Of a stretch of 64,000 nucleotides of DNA, positions 16,496-26,622 are shown one piece after another. The position numbers and the translations under genes are program-made. This DNA comes from Acidimicrobiia bacterium. GTDB lineage: Bacteria; Actinomycetota; Acidimicrobiia; IMCC26256; JACDBD01. How positions within the stretch are numbered: the first letter of the stretch is position 1; the number at the start of each line of letters is the position of its first letter. The notes beneath the pieces are model-generated. The model was not told where the DNA came from. It saw nothing but the letters and a program-made list of their open reading frames with translations, and ran no database searches. The stretch is from positions 2,473 through 66,472 of the forward strand of contig JBOGFI010000254.1 of assembly GCA_050743365.1 (NCBI GenBank), written 5' to 3'.

Positions 16496-17878
16496 TTACG
16501 TCGATCCCCGACGGGAGGGAGACCGACGGGGTTGTTCTCTCACCTGGCTGGGTGGGCGGTCGCCGTCGCCGGCGGCGCGGGCGAACGCCTCGTGCGGCCG
16601 CTGGAGCGAGCCCAGCGCCACCACGTCCCGTGGGAACAGCAGCGTGACCGTCCAGTCGAGGGCGATGCGCACCTTACGGTTCGGCGTCGGCATCATCAGC
16701 AGGTGGTAGGTGCGGTGAAGCCACCAGGCCCAGAAGCCGCGCAGGTGGATGCCGCCCGGGAGGCGGGCCACGCCGCGGTAGCGGCCGAGCGACACGAGCT
16801 GTCCCCGGTTGCGGTAGCGGAACCGCCGCAGTGGGCGCCCCTCGATCGTCGCCACCAGGTTCTCGGCGAGTCGCCGTGCCTGGCGCAGGGCGTGCTGCGC
16901 GGTCGGCGGGCACGTTCCCCCGGTGGTGACGTCGGGCACCGCCGCGCAGTCACCCGCCGCCCACGCCGCCTCGACCGGCGTGCCGTCGGGCGCACGTACG
17001 CGCAGGTACGCGTCGCAGACGACGCGGCCGTGCTCGTCGACCGGGAAGCCGGAGCGGGCGACGAGCGGGTGGGGGCGCACGCCCGTCGTCCACACGAGCG
17101 TCTCGGCCGGGAACACGTCGCCGTTCGAGAGCCGGATGACGCCGCCCTCGGCCGACTCGAGCCGCGTGTCGAGTAGCACCTCGACACCCCGGCGGGCGAG
17201 CAGGGCGCGGGCATAGCCGGCGAGGTCGCCGCCGATCTCGGGCAGGATGCTGCCCGCCGCCTCCACCAGCACCCAGCGCGGTCGCGCATCGTGCGCCTGG
17301 GGCCCGAGTTCGGGGTAGCGCTCGAGCGCGGCGCGAACGAGGTCCTCCAGCTCGGCCAGTGCCTCGACGCCGGCGTACCCGCCGCCGACGAACACGAACG
17401 TGAGCTGGGCCCGCCGGCGCTCGGAGTCGGCGGTGGTGGCGGCCGCCTCGAGGCGCGAGAGCACCACGTTGCGGAGGTGGATGGCCTCGGCGACGGTCTT
17501 GAACCCGATCGCGCGCTCCGCGAGACCGGGCACCGGCAGGACGCGTGACACCGAGCCGGGGGCGAGCACGAGCGCGTCGTAGTGGACCTCGAGCGGTTCG
17601 CCCGCGAGGGTGCGTACCCACGCCTGGCGCGCCTCGTGGTCGAGCGACTCGACCTCGCCCACCACCAGCCGGGTGCGGCGCAGGACCTGGCGGAGGGCGA
17701 CCACGACGTGGCGAGGCTCGATGTTCCCCGATGCCGCCTCGGGGAGGAACGGCTGGTACTGGAGGAAGTTCTCGGGATTGACGAGCACGACCTCGTGGCT
17801 CGAGTGGCGGAGGCGCCGCTCGAGGCGGAGGGCCGTGTAGGCGCCGACGAACCCGCCGCCGCTGACGAGGATCCTCAT
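16496..17878 (-). CDS. ndh: Type II NADH dehydrogenase (NDH-2)-like FAD/NAD(P) oxidoreductase
   Basis: ATG 17878 is preceded by GGAGGAGCGGCC. Sequence reads MRILVSGGGFVGAY...FVFVGGGYAGVE...AAGDCAAVP, giving two dinucleotide-binding motifs. Confidence 0.85.
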   Translation of the reverse strand: MRILVSGGGFVGAYTALRLERRLRHSSHEVVLVNPENFLQYQPFLPEAASGNIEPRHVVVALRQVLRRTRLVVGEVESLDHEARQAWVRTLAGEPLEVHYDALVLAPGSVSRVLPVPGLAERAIGFKTVAEAIHLRNVVLSRLEAAATTADSERRRAQLTFVFVGGGYAGVEALAELEDLVRAALERYPELGPQAHDARPRWVLVEAAGSILPEIGGDLAGYARALLARRGVEVLLDTRLESAEGGVIRLSNGDVFPAETLVWTTGVRPHPLVARSGFPVDEHGRVVCDAYLRVRAPDGTPVEAAWAAGDCAAVPDVTTGGTCPPTAQHALRQARRLAENLVATIEGRPLRRFRYRNRGQLVSLGRYRGVARLPGGIHLRGFWAWWLHRTYHLLMMPTPNRKVRIALDWTVTLLFPRDVVALGSLQRPHEAFARAAGDGDRPPSQVREQPRRSPSRRGST

Positions 17879-17908
17879 GGCCGCTCCTCCGGTCGGGACC
17901 GGATCTAT

Positions 17909-17924
17909 TGTGAATAGTTTCACA
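17909..17924. promoter_or_regulatory. Perfect CRP/FNR-type palindrome TGTGA-ATAGTT-TCACA
   Basis: The extended palindrome TTGTGAA-TAGT-TTCACAA is centred about 38 nt upstream of the ndh ATG (17878) and about 88 nt upstream of the divergent SnoaL-like gene. Confidence 0.55.
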
Positions 17925-18004
17925 AGCAGCGGGGGTCGTCAAACGGCTCGGCCGCATAGAGTCCAGGCGCCGCCGACCGGTGCCATCGACGAGGGGACCG
18001 AGCG

Positions 18005-18385
18005 ATGCCCACGCCCGAGCAGGTCCGCGCCGCCGTGGATGCCTACGTGGACGCCTACCAGCGCAACGATCGGGACGGGTTCCTCGACGCCTTCGCCGAC
18101 GAGGGTGTGGTGATCGACCCGGTGGGCACCCCGGCGCATACCGGACGCGACGGGCGGGGCGCCTTCTGGGACACCGTCCACGAGATGACCGAGCGGCTCA
18201 GCTTCGACGTCAAGGACATCGTCGTCTGCGGCCGCGAGGCGGCGATGGTGTTCCAGATCGAGGCCCGGGCCGGCGACGGCGGGATGGTGATCGACGCGGT
18301 CGACGTCTTCGAGGTCGACGACGACGGCCGGATCGCGCAGCTCAAGGCCTACTGGGACATGGCCCGGGCCCGCCCCCTCGCCTGA
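18005..18385 (+). CDS. SnoaL-like / NTF2-fold protein (ketosteroid-isomerase-like)
   Basis: 126 aa: VRAAVDAYVDAYQRNDRDGFLDAFADEGVVIDPVG...VFEVDDDGRIAQLKAYWD, a typical SnoaL-like layout. Confidence 0.75.
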   Translation: MPTPEQVRAAVDAYVDAYQRNDRDGFLDAFADEGVVIDPVGTPAHTGRDGRGAFWDTVHEMTERLSFDVKDIVVCGREAAMVFQIEARAGDGGMVIDAVDVFEVDDDGRIAQLKAYWDMARARPLA

Positions 18386-18401
18386 CCGGGCGCTTGCCGG
18401 G

Positions 18402-19121
18402 ATGGTCCAACTCGACTGGCCGACCCCGGAGCCCATCGGCAAGAATGGCCCGGCGATGGGCGTCGAGTCTCGTGATTCCGTCTCGCTGAAGCCGGCTGAG
18501 CTGGACGAGCTCGGTCAGCTCGTGACCGCCGTCGGGCTTCCTGTCGCCGAGGCGCAACTCGACCAGCACGTGGAGCAGTTCCCGCTGGTGGCGCTGACCG
18601 GCGCCGACGCCGAGCTCCATGGCTTCCTGTTCGGCTCACTGGAGCGGATCGGGGGGACGCCGTGCATCCTCTGGGGGCTGGGCGCCACCCGGCGTGCCAA
18701 GCAGGCGCGCGCCTACCTCGAGTCCCTCGTCGGCGAGCTCTACCGGCGGGCGGCCATCTCCTTCCCCGACGAGGACGTGCTCGTGGCGGGGCGCTTCGCC
18801 CATCCCGCGTCGTACGCCCTCCTGGGCGTGTTGAGCGACGTGTGCCCGCGGCCCAAGTACTCGCCCACAGGGGAGGAGCGGGCCTGGGGCCGGCGCCTGG
18901 CCCGGCGCTTCGGCTGCGACGGCCGTTACGACGACCGCAAGTTCCGGCTGGCGGCGAACGGCGCACCCGAGCCGGTCCTCGACGCCCGCACCGTGAAGGC
19001 TGGCGGCCGAGCGGCGACCGAGTTGATCGGCACGGTGAAGCCCGAGAAGGGCGAGGCGGTGATCGCCTTCGGCTGGGCCATGGCCGAGGCCCTCGCCGAC
19101 GGCCTCGTCACCCGCAAGTAG
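18402..19121 (+). CDS. Hypothetical protein (239 aa)
   Basis: Coding-like composition and no motif I recognise. An alternative start is ATG 18456. Confidence 0.5.
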   Translation: MVQLDWPTPEPIGKNGPAMGVESRDSVSLKPAELDELGQLVTAVGLPVAEAQLDQHVEQFPLVALTGADAELHGFLFGSLERIGGTPCILWGLGATRRAKQARAYLESLVGELYRRAAISFPDEDVLVAGRFAHPASYALLGVLSDVCPRPKYSPTGEERAWGRRLARRFGCDGRYDDRKFRLAANGAPEPVLDARTVKAGGRAATELIGTVKPEKGEAVIAFGWAMAEALADGLVTRK

Positions 19122-19139
19122 CCCTCTACCTGGAGGCGT

Positions 19140-21200
19140 CTAGAACGAGGGGCGGGCGGCGAGGGCCTCGTCGAGTTGCGCACGCAGCGCGCTGGGGGCG
19201 GTGACGGGCTGCTTGCACGCGAAATGCTCGCAGACGTAGGCAGCCGCCTTCCCGTCGACCAGCCCGCGATCTTCGAGGAGGGGAGTGAGCTGCCCGCCCG
19301 CCGGCTCCTCCGATGCGGTCACCGTGACCGACGCCGGTAGCAGACGCCCGTGCACCTCGCGGCGCAGCGCGCCGGCAGCTGGGTCGTCGCGCGGTCCGAC
19401 GATTGCCACCTCGAGCGGAGGCGTGACGGCGCGCTCGAGCGCGCCGAGGAGGTAGGCGAACGACGTGCCGTGCTCTCTCGTCACCGGCGCGAGCAGCCCC
19501 AGCACCCGGCGTGCCGGCCGCTCGTAGCGGTCCTCGCCGGTCAGCGCGGCCAGCCGCAAGAGCCCGCTCGCCGCGAGCGAGTTCTCGGCCGGCGTGGCGT
19601 TGTCCATATAGTCCTTGGGCCGCACGATCAGCGCCTCGGCGTCGTGCCCGGTGGTGAAGAACCCGCCTCCCTCGTCGTCGTGGAAGAGGCGCAGGAGGTC
19701 GTCGGCGACCGTGCCAGCCGCCAGCAGCCACTCCACGTCGTCGACCTCGGCCAGGGTGACGAGCGCCTCCAACAGGGCGGCGTAGTCCTCGGCGTAGGCC
19801 AGGTGGCGGGCGCGCCCGTCCTGCCACGAGCGCAGCCTCCGTTCGTCGTCGGCCCGCATCTCGTCGAGCAGGAAGCGGGCGTTCCCGCGCGCCGCCGCCA
19901 TCCAGTCGTCCCGTTCGAACGCGGCAGCGGCCTCCGCCACCGACCGCAGGAACAGCGCGTTCCACCCCAGGAGCACCTTGTCGTCGAGACCGGGCCGCAC
20001 TCGCTGCTCGCGCGCGGCGAAGAGCTTCGGGAGCGCCCGGGCCACCGCCTCGGGCGGGTCCTCGGCGCGGTCGACGACGTGGAGGATGTTGCCCCGGTAG
20101 CCCGTGTGCGGATCCTCGAAGTTCCCGTCGCGGGTCACGCCGAGGTAGCGGATCGCCTCGGCCGCATCCGGCCCGCACACGTGCTCGATCTCGTCGTAGC
20201 CCCACACGTAGAACTTGCCTTCGACGCCCTCGGAGTCGGCGTCCTCGGCGGAGAAGAAGGCGAACTTCGACGGGTGGCGGAGGTCGCGGAGCACGTAGCC
20301 GATGGTCTCCTCCACGACGCGCCGGTAGCCCGCCTCCCCGGTCACGAGAAAGGCGTGCAGGTACGCGGAGGTGAGCAGCGCCTGGTCGTACAGCATCTTC
20401 TCGAAGTGGGGCACGAGCCAGTAGTCGTCGACGGAGTAGCGGTGGAAGCCACCGCCCACGTGGTCGTAGAGCCCGCCGGCGGCCATGGCATCGAGTGACA
20501 CGCGCACCATCTCGAGCGTCTCGGGCGCCTGGTCCCGGACGTAGGTGCGGAGGAGGAAGTCGAGCGTCATGGCCTGCGGGAACTTCGGCGCCCGCCCGAA
20601 CCCGCCGAACCGGGGCTCGAACTGGCTCCGCGCGTCGACGTGGGCGGTCGCGAGCGCTTCGGTCGAGAGGGCCTCGTCGGCGGGCGGGCTCGTCGTGAGG
20701 CCGGTTCCGCGGGCGAGGAGGTCGTGCAGCTTGGCGGCCTGTCCGTCGAGCTCGCTGCGCCGGTTTCGCCACGCGTCGTCGACCGCCTCCATGATCCGGA
20801 CGAAGCCGGGCACGCCGTGGCGGTCCTTCTTGGGGAAGTAGGTGCCGCCGAAGAACGGCCGCCCGTCGGGGGTGAGGAACACGGTCATCGGCCAGCCGCC
20901 CCGACCGGTCATGGCCTGCACCGCCTGCATGTAGATGGCGTCGACGTCGGGACGCTCCTCCCGGTCGACCTTCACGTTCACGAACAGCCGGTTCATGACC
21001 GCGGCGACGTCGGGGTCCTCGAACGACTCGTGCGCCATCACGTGGCACCAGTGGCACGAGGAGTACCCGACCGACAGCAGGAGCGGCCTGTCCTCGGCCC
21101 GGGCCCGCGTCAGCGCCTCGTCGCCCCACGGGTACCAGTCGACCGGGTTGGCGGCGTGCTGGCGCAGGTAGGGACTGGTCTCTCCGGCGAGACGGTTCAC
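19140..21200 (-). CDS. Thioredoxin-domain protein, DUF255/YyaL-like (thioredoxin fold + six-hairpin glycosidase-like domain)
   Basis: 686 aa: [22 protein letters not shown]...[26 protein letters not shown]...[15 protein letters not shown]. Confidence 0.9.
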   Translation of the reverse strand: MNRLAGETSPYLRQHAANPVDWYPWGDEALTRARAEDRPLLLSVGYSSCHWCHVMAHESFEDPDVAAVMNRLFVNVKVDREERPDVDAIYMQAVQAMTGRGGWPMTVFLTPDGRPFFGGTYFPKKDRHGVPGFVRIMEAVDDAWRNRRSELDGQAAKLHDLLARGTGLTTSPPADEALSTEALATAHVDARSQFEPRFGGFGRAPKFPQAMTLDFLLRTYVRDQAPETLEMVRVSLDAMAAGGLYDHVGGGFHRYSVDDYWLVPHFEKMLYDQALLTSAYLHAFLVTGEAGYRRVVEETIGYVLRDLRHPSKFAFFSAEDADSEGVEGKFYVWGYDEIEHVCGPDAAEAIRYLGVTRDGNFEDPHTGYRGNILHVVDRAEDPPEAVARALPKLFAAREQRVRPGLDDKVLLGWNALFLRSVAEAAAAFERDDWMAAARGNARFLLDEMRADDERRLRSWQDGRARHLAYAEDYAALLEALVTLAEVDDVEWLLAAGTVADDLLRLFHDDEGGGFFTTGHDAEALIVRPKDYMDNATPAENSLAASGLLRLAALTGEDRYERPARRVLGLLAPVTREHGTSFAYLLGALERAVTPPLEVAIVGPRDDPAAGALRREVHGRLLPASVTVTASEEPAGGQLTPLLEDRGLVDGKAAAYVCEHFACKQPVTAPSALRAQLDEALAARPSF

Positions 21201-21209
21201 ACCCGGAGG

Positions 21210-22832
21210 CTACCCACGCGGTGTCACGGCGATGCCGAGCCGCTCGATCGCCGTCGCCTTGCCCCAGCGGTAGTCGGGCTTGCCCGACGGTGAGCGCACG
21301 ATGCTCTCGACGACCAACACCTCGCGCGGCGCCTTGTAGCCGGCGATGTGCTCGCGGACGTGGCGGTCGAGCTCGGGGAACGCCGGCTCCTCGCCGGGGC
21401 GGGGCTGCACGAGCGCGACCACCCGCTCGCCCCAGCGCTCGTCGGGCACGCCGACGACCACGGCGTCGAACACCGCCCGATGGGCCTTGAGGGCGGCCTC
21501 GACCTCCTCGGGGTACACCTTCTCGCCCCCGGTGTTGATCGAAACCGAGCCCCGGCCGAGCAGCGAGATCGTGCCATCCTCCTCGATGCGGGCGTGGTCG
21601 CCGGGCACCGCCCAGCGCACGCCGTCGACGACCGGGAAGGTGGCCGCGGTCTTGTCGGGGTCCTTGTAGTAGCCGAGGGGGACCCGGCCTCGGCGGGCGA
21701 GCTTGCCGACGACTCCGGGCGGCGCCGGGCGGAGGTCGTCGTCGAGCACCGTGGTCTCGTCGTTCACGGCGAAGCGCGGGGTCTGCTGTACCTCGCCCCC
21801 TGCCACCGTGATCGACTGGCCCTGTCCGCCCGACTCGGAGGCGCCGTAGCCGTCGATGATCATGCTGCTGGGCAGCTGCTCGGCCAGGCGGCGCTTCACG
21901 GTGGGCGAGAGGATGGCGCCGCCCGAGAGGATCACGGTGCAGCACGACACGTCGACCTGCTCGCGGTCGATCTCGTCGAGCGATTCCACCAACGGCCGGG
22001 CGAAGGCGTCGCCCACGATGACGAGGAAGTTCACCTGCTCGCGGGCGATCAGCTCCCAGAGCCGTCGTGGCTCGAGATGCCGGTCGGTGGAGATCACGAC
22101 GGCGCCGCCCTGGTACAGGGCGCTGAAGGCCATCCAGTGGGCGGTGCCATGCATGAACGGGCACGCAGGCAGGCAGCGGGTCCGCCCCTCTCGGGCGCGG
22201 TCGGCGATCTCCTCGGGCGCCGAGATCTCGTTGCCGACGCCGCCGCCGCCGAAGGCCCCGAAGAAGATGTCCTCGGCGCGCCACATGACGCCCTTGGGCA
22301 TGCCGGTGGTGCCGCCCGTGTAGAGGATGTAGAGGTCGGAGGCGCTGCGGGGCGCGAAGTCGCGCTCGGGTGAGGCGGCGGCGAGCGCGGCCTCGTACTC
22401 GACGGTGTCGAGCGGGCCGAGGTGGGCGCCCGACCCGTCCTCGACCGCGAGGAAGCCCGTCAGGGCGGGCAGCGTGGGCTGCACCGCCGCGAGCTTGGGC
22501 GCGAGCTCCCGGTGGAACACGACCGTCTTGGCGTCGGCGTCGTCGAGGAGGTAACGGAGCTCCTCCTCGACGTAGCGGTAGTTGACGTTGACGGGCACGG
22601 CGCGCAGCTTGAACGCTGCCAGCATGGCCTCCAGGTACTCGACGCCGTTGTAGAGGTAGAGGGCCACGTGGTCGCCGGGGCCGATACCGCGCGATCGGAG
22701 GTGGTGGGCGAGGCGGTTGATGCGCTCCTCGGCCTCGCCGAAGGTCAGGCGCCGCTCGCCGCACACGAGCGCCTCGCGCCCGGGCACGGTGTCGACGACC
22801 TTCTCCCACAGGTCGGCGAGGTTGTACTCCAT
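21210..22832 (-). CDS. AMP-dependent acyl-CoA synthetase/ligase
   Basis: ATG 22832 within ORF 21210..23096. The AMP-binding motif is YILYTGGTTGMPKGV. Also present are GYGASE and GDHARIEEDGTISLLGR. Confidence 0.9.
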   Translation of the reverse strand: MEYNLADLWEKVVDTVPGREALVCGERRLTFGEAEERINRLAHHLRSRGIGPGDHVALYLYNGVEYLEAMLAAFKLRAVPVNVNYRYVEEELRYLLDDADAKTVVFHRELAPKLAAVQPTLPALTGFLAVEDGSGAHLGPLDTVEYEAALAAASPERDFAPRSASDLYILYTGGTTGMPKGVMWRAEDIFFGAFGGGGVGNEISAPEEIADRAREGRTRCLPACPFMHGTAHWMAFSALYQGGAVVISTDRHLEPRRLWELIAREQVNFLVIVGDAFARPLVESLDEIDREQVDVSCCTVILSGGAILSPTVKRRLAEQLPSSMIIDGYGASESGGQGQSITVAGGEVQQTPRFAVNDETTVLDDDLRPAPPGVVGKLARRGRVPLGYYKDPDKTAATFPVVDGVRWAVPGDHARIEEDGTISLLGRGSVSINTGGEKVYPEEVEAALKAHRAVFDAVVVGVPDERWGERVVALVQPRPGEEPAFPELDRHVREHIAGYKAPREVLVVESIVRSPSGKPDYRWGKATAIERLGIAVTPRG

Positions 22833-22929
22833 CCTCTCGGTCGCTCCGCTCTGCCGTCCCGCCCTCCGGGCACAGCTCCGCTTCGTTCCTGCTGGACCGT
22901 ACCGGGGGGACGCGCGACCGGTCGAAAGC

Positions 22930-24120
22930 TCAGACGCCGAGCTTCTCCAGCGCGGGCTCGACTCGGCTCCACGTCGACGCGACGAAGGCCTGCTGCCGGT
23001 CCGGCGCGCCGGCGGCCGCGTCGGCCTCCTCCCACAGCTCGGCCTCGAGCGGCCCGAGCGCAGCGCGGATCTCGGCCAGCGCGTCGCCGCCGCCATGACC
23101 TTCCACGCGGTCGCGTAGCCGGGCGAATCGGGCCCAGGTCGTCGGGTCGGCCAGCTCGGACGGCAGCCCGGCAGGTGGGAACCCGGGCACGTACACGCCG
23201 ACGCAGGGGCTGCCGATCGCGACCCACGCCCGCAGGGGGGAGTCGGGCCTCGCCGGTAGCTCCGCCACCATCGATGCGTTCGTCACCTGGTAGTCGCGTA
23301 CATGCATGCAGACCGTGACGCCGCTCCAGTCGGGGTTCACGTCGACCGGCGGCGGCGAGACGTCGCTGGGGTCGCCGTCCGGCGCCCCCCATGGCCGCTC
23401 ACCGTGATGACGCAGCGTGGCGACCACGTCAGCGGGACTCAGCGCGCCGGCGGCACCGGCCACGCACTGTCCGGTGGCCGCCAGGCGGCGGTCGGCGATC
23501 GCCGTCGGCACCTCCGGGTCGCGCCAGCGGTCGAAGTCGGCGCCCGGAGGCACGTCGGCCGACGCGCGTGTCCAGTCGATACCGAGCGAGATGCGGTTGG
23601 AGATGGCGGCGGCGTCGTCTACCGGCCGGGCGGCCCAGGTGCGGCCGCTCGTCTCCAGGACCCAGGCGCCGCGAGGATCGGCCACGAGGAACGACGACCA
23701 GTAGGGCTCGTCGTGCCCCTGCTCGCCCGTGCCGCCCTGGCCGTAGCGCTCGAGCAGCCCGGTCATGACCTCGAGCGCGTCGTCGGCGCTGCGTCCGCGC
23801 TCGAGACCGAGGCGCACCAGGTCCATGCCCAGCAGGGCGGGCGCGGCGGCGTGCGGGTCGTCGACCGTCCAGACCTTCTCGTTCCCGATGGCGACGCGGT
23901 GCTCGTTGACGCCGTGCTCGAACCCCCACATCCACGTGGGCCGGGAGCCGACCAGGGCGTACGCGCCGGCGGCGTCGAGCTCGACGTAGGTGGCGCGCAC
24001 GCGGCCGCCGCCCGGTCGGGCGGCGTGCGTCTCCGCGACCTGTGCCTCCTCCACGGGCCGGTCGGAGTTCTTGGCGAATAGGGTCCGCTCGCTGCCGACC
24101 AGGCAGAGCGTGTCGCACAT
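22930..24120 (-). CDS. Ntn-hydrolase, peptidase C69/secernin-like (Met-Cys N-terminus)
   Basis: ATG 24120 gives MCDTLCLVGSERTLFAKNSDRP, the N-terminal Cys nucleophile pattern. The protein is 396 aa and family assignment is tentative. Confidence 0.6.
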   Translation of the reverse strand: MCDTLCLVGSERTLFAKNSDRPVEEAQVAETHAARPGGGRVRATYVELDAAGAYALVGSRPTWMWGFEHGVNEHRVAIGNEKVWTVDDPHAAAPALLGMDLVRLGLERGRSADDALEVMTGLLERYGQGGTGEQGHDEPYWSSFLVADPRGAWVLETSGRTWAARPVDDAAAISNRISLGIDWTRASADVPPGADFDRWRDPEVPTAIADRRLAATGQCVAGAAGALSPADVVATLRHHGERPWGAPDGDPSDVSPPPVDVNPDWSGVTVCMHVRDYQVTNASMVAELPARPDSPLRAWVAIGSPCVGVYVPGFPPAGLPSELADPTTWARFARLRDRVEGHGGGDALAEIRAALGPLEAELWEEADAAAGAPDRQQAFVASTWSRVEPALEKLGV

Positions 24121-24137
24121 CCTTGTCTCGCTCCTGA

Positions 24138-24938
24138 TCAGAAGTCGGTGCCGCCGTCGACGGGGATGGTGGCGCCGACGACGAAGCCGGCCGGCTCCGA
24201 GCACAGGAACACCACGAGCGCCGCCACTTCCTCGGGGAGCCCGACCCGCCCGAGGTCGTTCGGGGCACCGAAGTCGCGCGAAATCGCGGTGTAGGCAGCC
24301 TCGAGCGGGCCCTCGGGGAGGCCGGTGCGGTCAGCACCGGCGAGGTAGGCCTCGAGCGCCGGTGACATCACCGTGCCGGGGCAGACCGTGTTGACGACGA
24401 TCCCGCGCGCCGCCAGCGAGCGGGCCAGGTTCTTCGACGCGCTGGCCATGGCTGCCTTCGAGGCGGTGTAGCCGATGAGGTCGGGGGACTGGTGACGGAT
24501 CGACGACGCGGCCAGGTTGACGACCCGCGCGAACGATGCCTTGCTCAGCAGCGGGAGGGCGGCGCGTACGGCGCGGACCATCGTGAGCACGCCGAGGTCG
24601 AAGTAGTCGAGCCAGTCGTTGTCGGTGAGCTCGTCGAGCGCGCCCAGGCGGGTCGGCCCCGCCGCGTTCACGAGCGCGTTGAGCTCGCCCCACCGTTCGT
24701 CGAGGAACGTGAACGCCGCCTCGACCTCGCCCGTGTCGACCAGGTCGCACTCGAGGCCGATGGAGTCGGCGGCGCCGGCGGCGGCGAGCTCCTGCTCGGT
24801 CTCTCGCAGGTCGGTGTCGGTGCGGCCGAGAACGGCGACGCGACAGCCCTCGGCGGCGAGCAGCTCGGCCGTTGCCCGCCCCATGCCGCGCGAGCCGCCG
24901 GCGACGGCGACCGCCCGTCCGCGTAGCCCCAGGTCCAA
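24138..24938 (-). CDS. Short-chain dehydrogenase/reductase (SDR)
   Basis: VAGGSRGMGRA is the cofactor motif, NAAG is present, and the catalytic motif is YTASKAA. 266 aa. Confidence 0.9.
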   Translation of the reverse strand: MDLGLRGRAVAVAGGSRGMGRATAELLAAEGCRVAVLGRTDTDLRETEQELAAAGAADSIGLECDLVDTGEVEAAFTFLDERWGELNALVNAAGPTRLGALDELTDNDWLDYFDLGVLTMVRAVRAALPLLSKASFARVVNLAASSIRHQSPDLIGYTASKAAMASASKNLARSLAARGIVVNTVCPGTVMSPALEAYLAGADRTGLPEGPLEAAYTAISRDFGAPNDLGRVGLPEEVAALVVFLCSEPAGFVVGATIPVDGGTDF

Positions 24939-24981
24939 CCGGCTTCCTTTCCCCCCGGTGCTCGGCGCGGAATCTACGCGG

Positions 24982-26622
24982 TCATGCCGCGAGCTGCCGG
25001 GCGAACGAGGTGGCGGCGAGGGGCTGGCCCGTCGCCCGCTCGACCAGGTGGTCCCAGCGCAGCGATGCGCCCGGCCGGAAGAACGCTTCGACCAGGAACC
25101 GCCCGGCCGCGGGACGGTCGACGAGCCCGCCGGCGCGGTCGTCGAGCGTGGCGGCGAGCTGCGACGCCACCAGCTCGCCGTAGAGGTAGTTCTGGTAGTA
25201 GACGGGCGCCACCGTGAGGTGGACCTTCGACGCCCACGCCTGCTCGGCCGCGTCCGGGTCGGGGCGGTTGACGAGCTGGAACCGTTCGACCAGGCCCCAC
25301 CACCGGGCCTCTTGGTCGGCGCCCGGGTCGGCGTACAGCCCGCGCTCGAAGTGGGTCATCACCAGCACCCAGCGGGCGAACACGAGCAGCGCGGCGCGTT
25401 GCGCGGCAGCCAGGCCGGGCCCCAACGTCTCCGCATCCGATCGGGGCAAGCCCGCGATCGCGGTGAGCCACCCCGGGTCGCGGGGCAGGCGACCGAACAG
25501 CATGGCGACGCCCTCGGTGGTGAGCGGGTGGGCGGCGGCGCGCAGGAGCCAGGGGAGCGCCCGATCGACCCCGCGGTCGTAGGTGGCGTGGCCGAACTCG
25601 TGCAGCATGGTGCTCATCCAGCGCTCGTTGGGCTCGATGTTGCACAACACCCGCACGTCGCCCTCGCGGTCGACGTCGATGCAGAAGGCGTGCTGGCTCT
25701 TGCCGTCGCGCGCGAGCAGGTCGCTCCGCGCGAGGACGGGACGCAGATCGAGGCCGAGCCCGTCGTAGGTTCGCAGGGTGAGTGCCTCGAGGTCGGCGGC
25801 GGCGAAGACGGGGTCGAGCTCGACCGTGCCGCGCCCGGGCGGGTCCTGGAAGAACGGGTCGTCGAGGTGCCAGGGGCGGAGGTCGGCGACCGAGCAGCCG
25901 AAGCGCGCCGCGAGCGTTTGGTCGAGCCCGGCCTTCCATTCGCGGAACGGGCCGGCAGTCTGCCGGTCGACCTCGTCGAGGGTGGCGAAGAGCCGGGCCT
26001 CGTCGAGCTCGCCGGTGGCCAGCGCGAGGTCGAAGTGGTCGCGGTACCCGAGCGACCGCGCGGCCTCGTTGCGGAGCTCGGCGAGCTCGCGTACCTGCCC
26101 CGCAACCTCGGCGCCCACCTGCTTGGAGGCCTGCCAGGCGGCGCGGCGCGCCCCGGAGTCGTCGCTCGTGCGCAGCACGTCGAGGATGTGGTTGTCGTCG
26201 ACGCGCCGGCCGTCGATCCGGCCCCGGAAGGTGTTGAACGTCGACTCCACCCCGACCTCGAGCTCGACCAGGCGGCGACGGAGGTCCTCGGGCACCTGAT
26301 GAGGGGCGAAGGCGTCGTGCAGCACGCCGAGGCGGCGACGGACCAGGGGATCGACGCCGATGTGTCCTCGTGCCTCGCGGATGGCCCCGAACGTGCCGGC
26401 ATCCGCGAGCACGGCTCGGCGCTCGAGCTCGATGCGCTCACGGCGCTCGTTCGCCTCGGGCGAGGCGCGGGTGCTGGTCTCCCACCACGCCTCGGCCAGC
26501 GCGACCTCGATCGGCCGAAGCCTCGCCTCCACGTCGGCGACGAGCCGCTCCGCTTCAGGCACGAGAACGGAGTGTACGGCGGTAGGGTGCGGCAAACCTG
26601 CGAGTCGTGGAGGTTCCGTCAT
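24982..26622 (-). CDS. Gluzincin metallopeptidase (M2 ACE-like / M3 oligopeptidase-like)
   Basis: The zinc site is HEFGHATYD, and a Glu follows 25 residues later (LTTEGVAMLFG). The P.LLR....E spacing resembles peptidyl-dipeptidase A. The start is uncertain because ATG 26622 shares CATG with the divergent gene. Confidence 0.8.
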   Translation of the reverse strand: MTEPPRLAGLPHPTAVHSVLVPEAERLVADVEARLRPIEVALAEAWWETSTRASPEANERRERIELERRAVLADAGTFGAIREARGHIGVDPLVRRRLGVLHDAFAPHQVPEDLRRRLVELEVGVESTFNTFRGRIDGRRVDDNHILDVLRTSDDSGARRAAWQASKQVGAEVAGQVRELAELRNEAARSLGYRDHFDLALATGELDEARLFATLDEVDRQTAGPFREWKAGLDQTLAARFGCSVADLRPWHLDDPFFQDPPGRGTVELDPVFAAADLEALTLRTYDGLGLDLRPVLARSDLLARDGKSQHAFCIDVDREGDVRVLCNIEPNERWMSTMLHEFGHATYDRGVDRALPWLLRAAAHPLTTEGVAMLFGRLPRDPGWLTAIAGLPRSDAETLGPGLAAAQRAALLVFARWVLVMTHFERGLYADPGADQEARWWGLVERFQLVNRPDPDAAEQAWASKVHLTVAPVYYQNYLYGELVASQLAATLDDRAGGLVDRPAAGRFLVEAFFRPGASLRWDHLVERATGQPLAATSFARQLAA

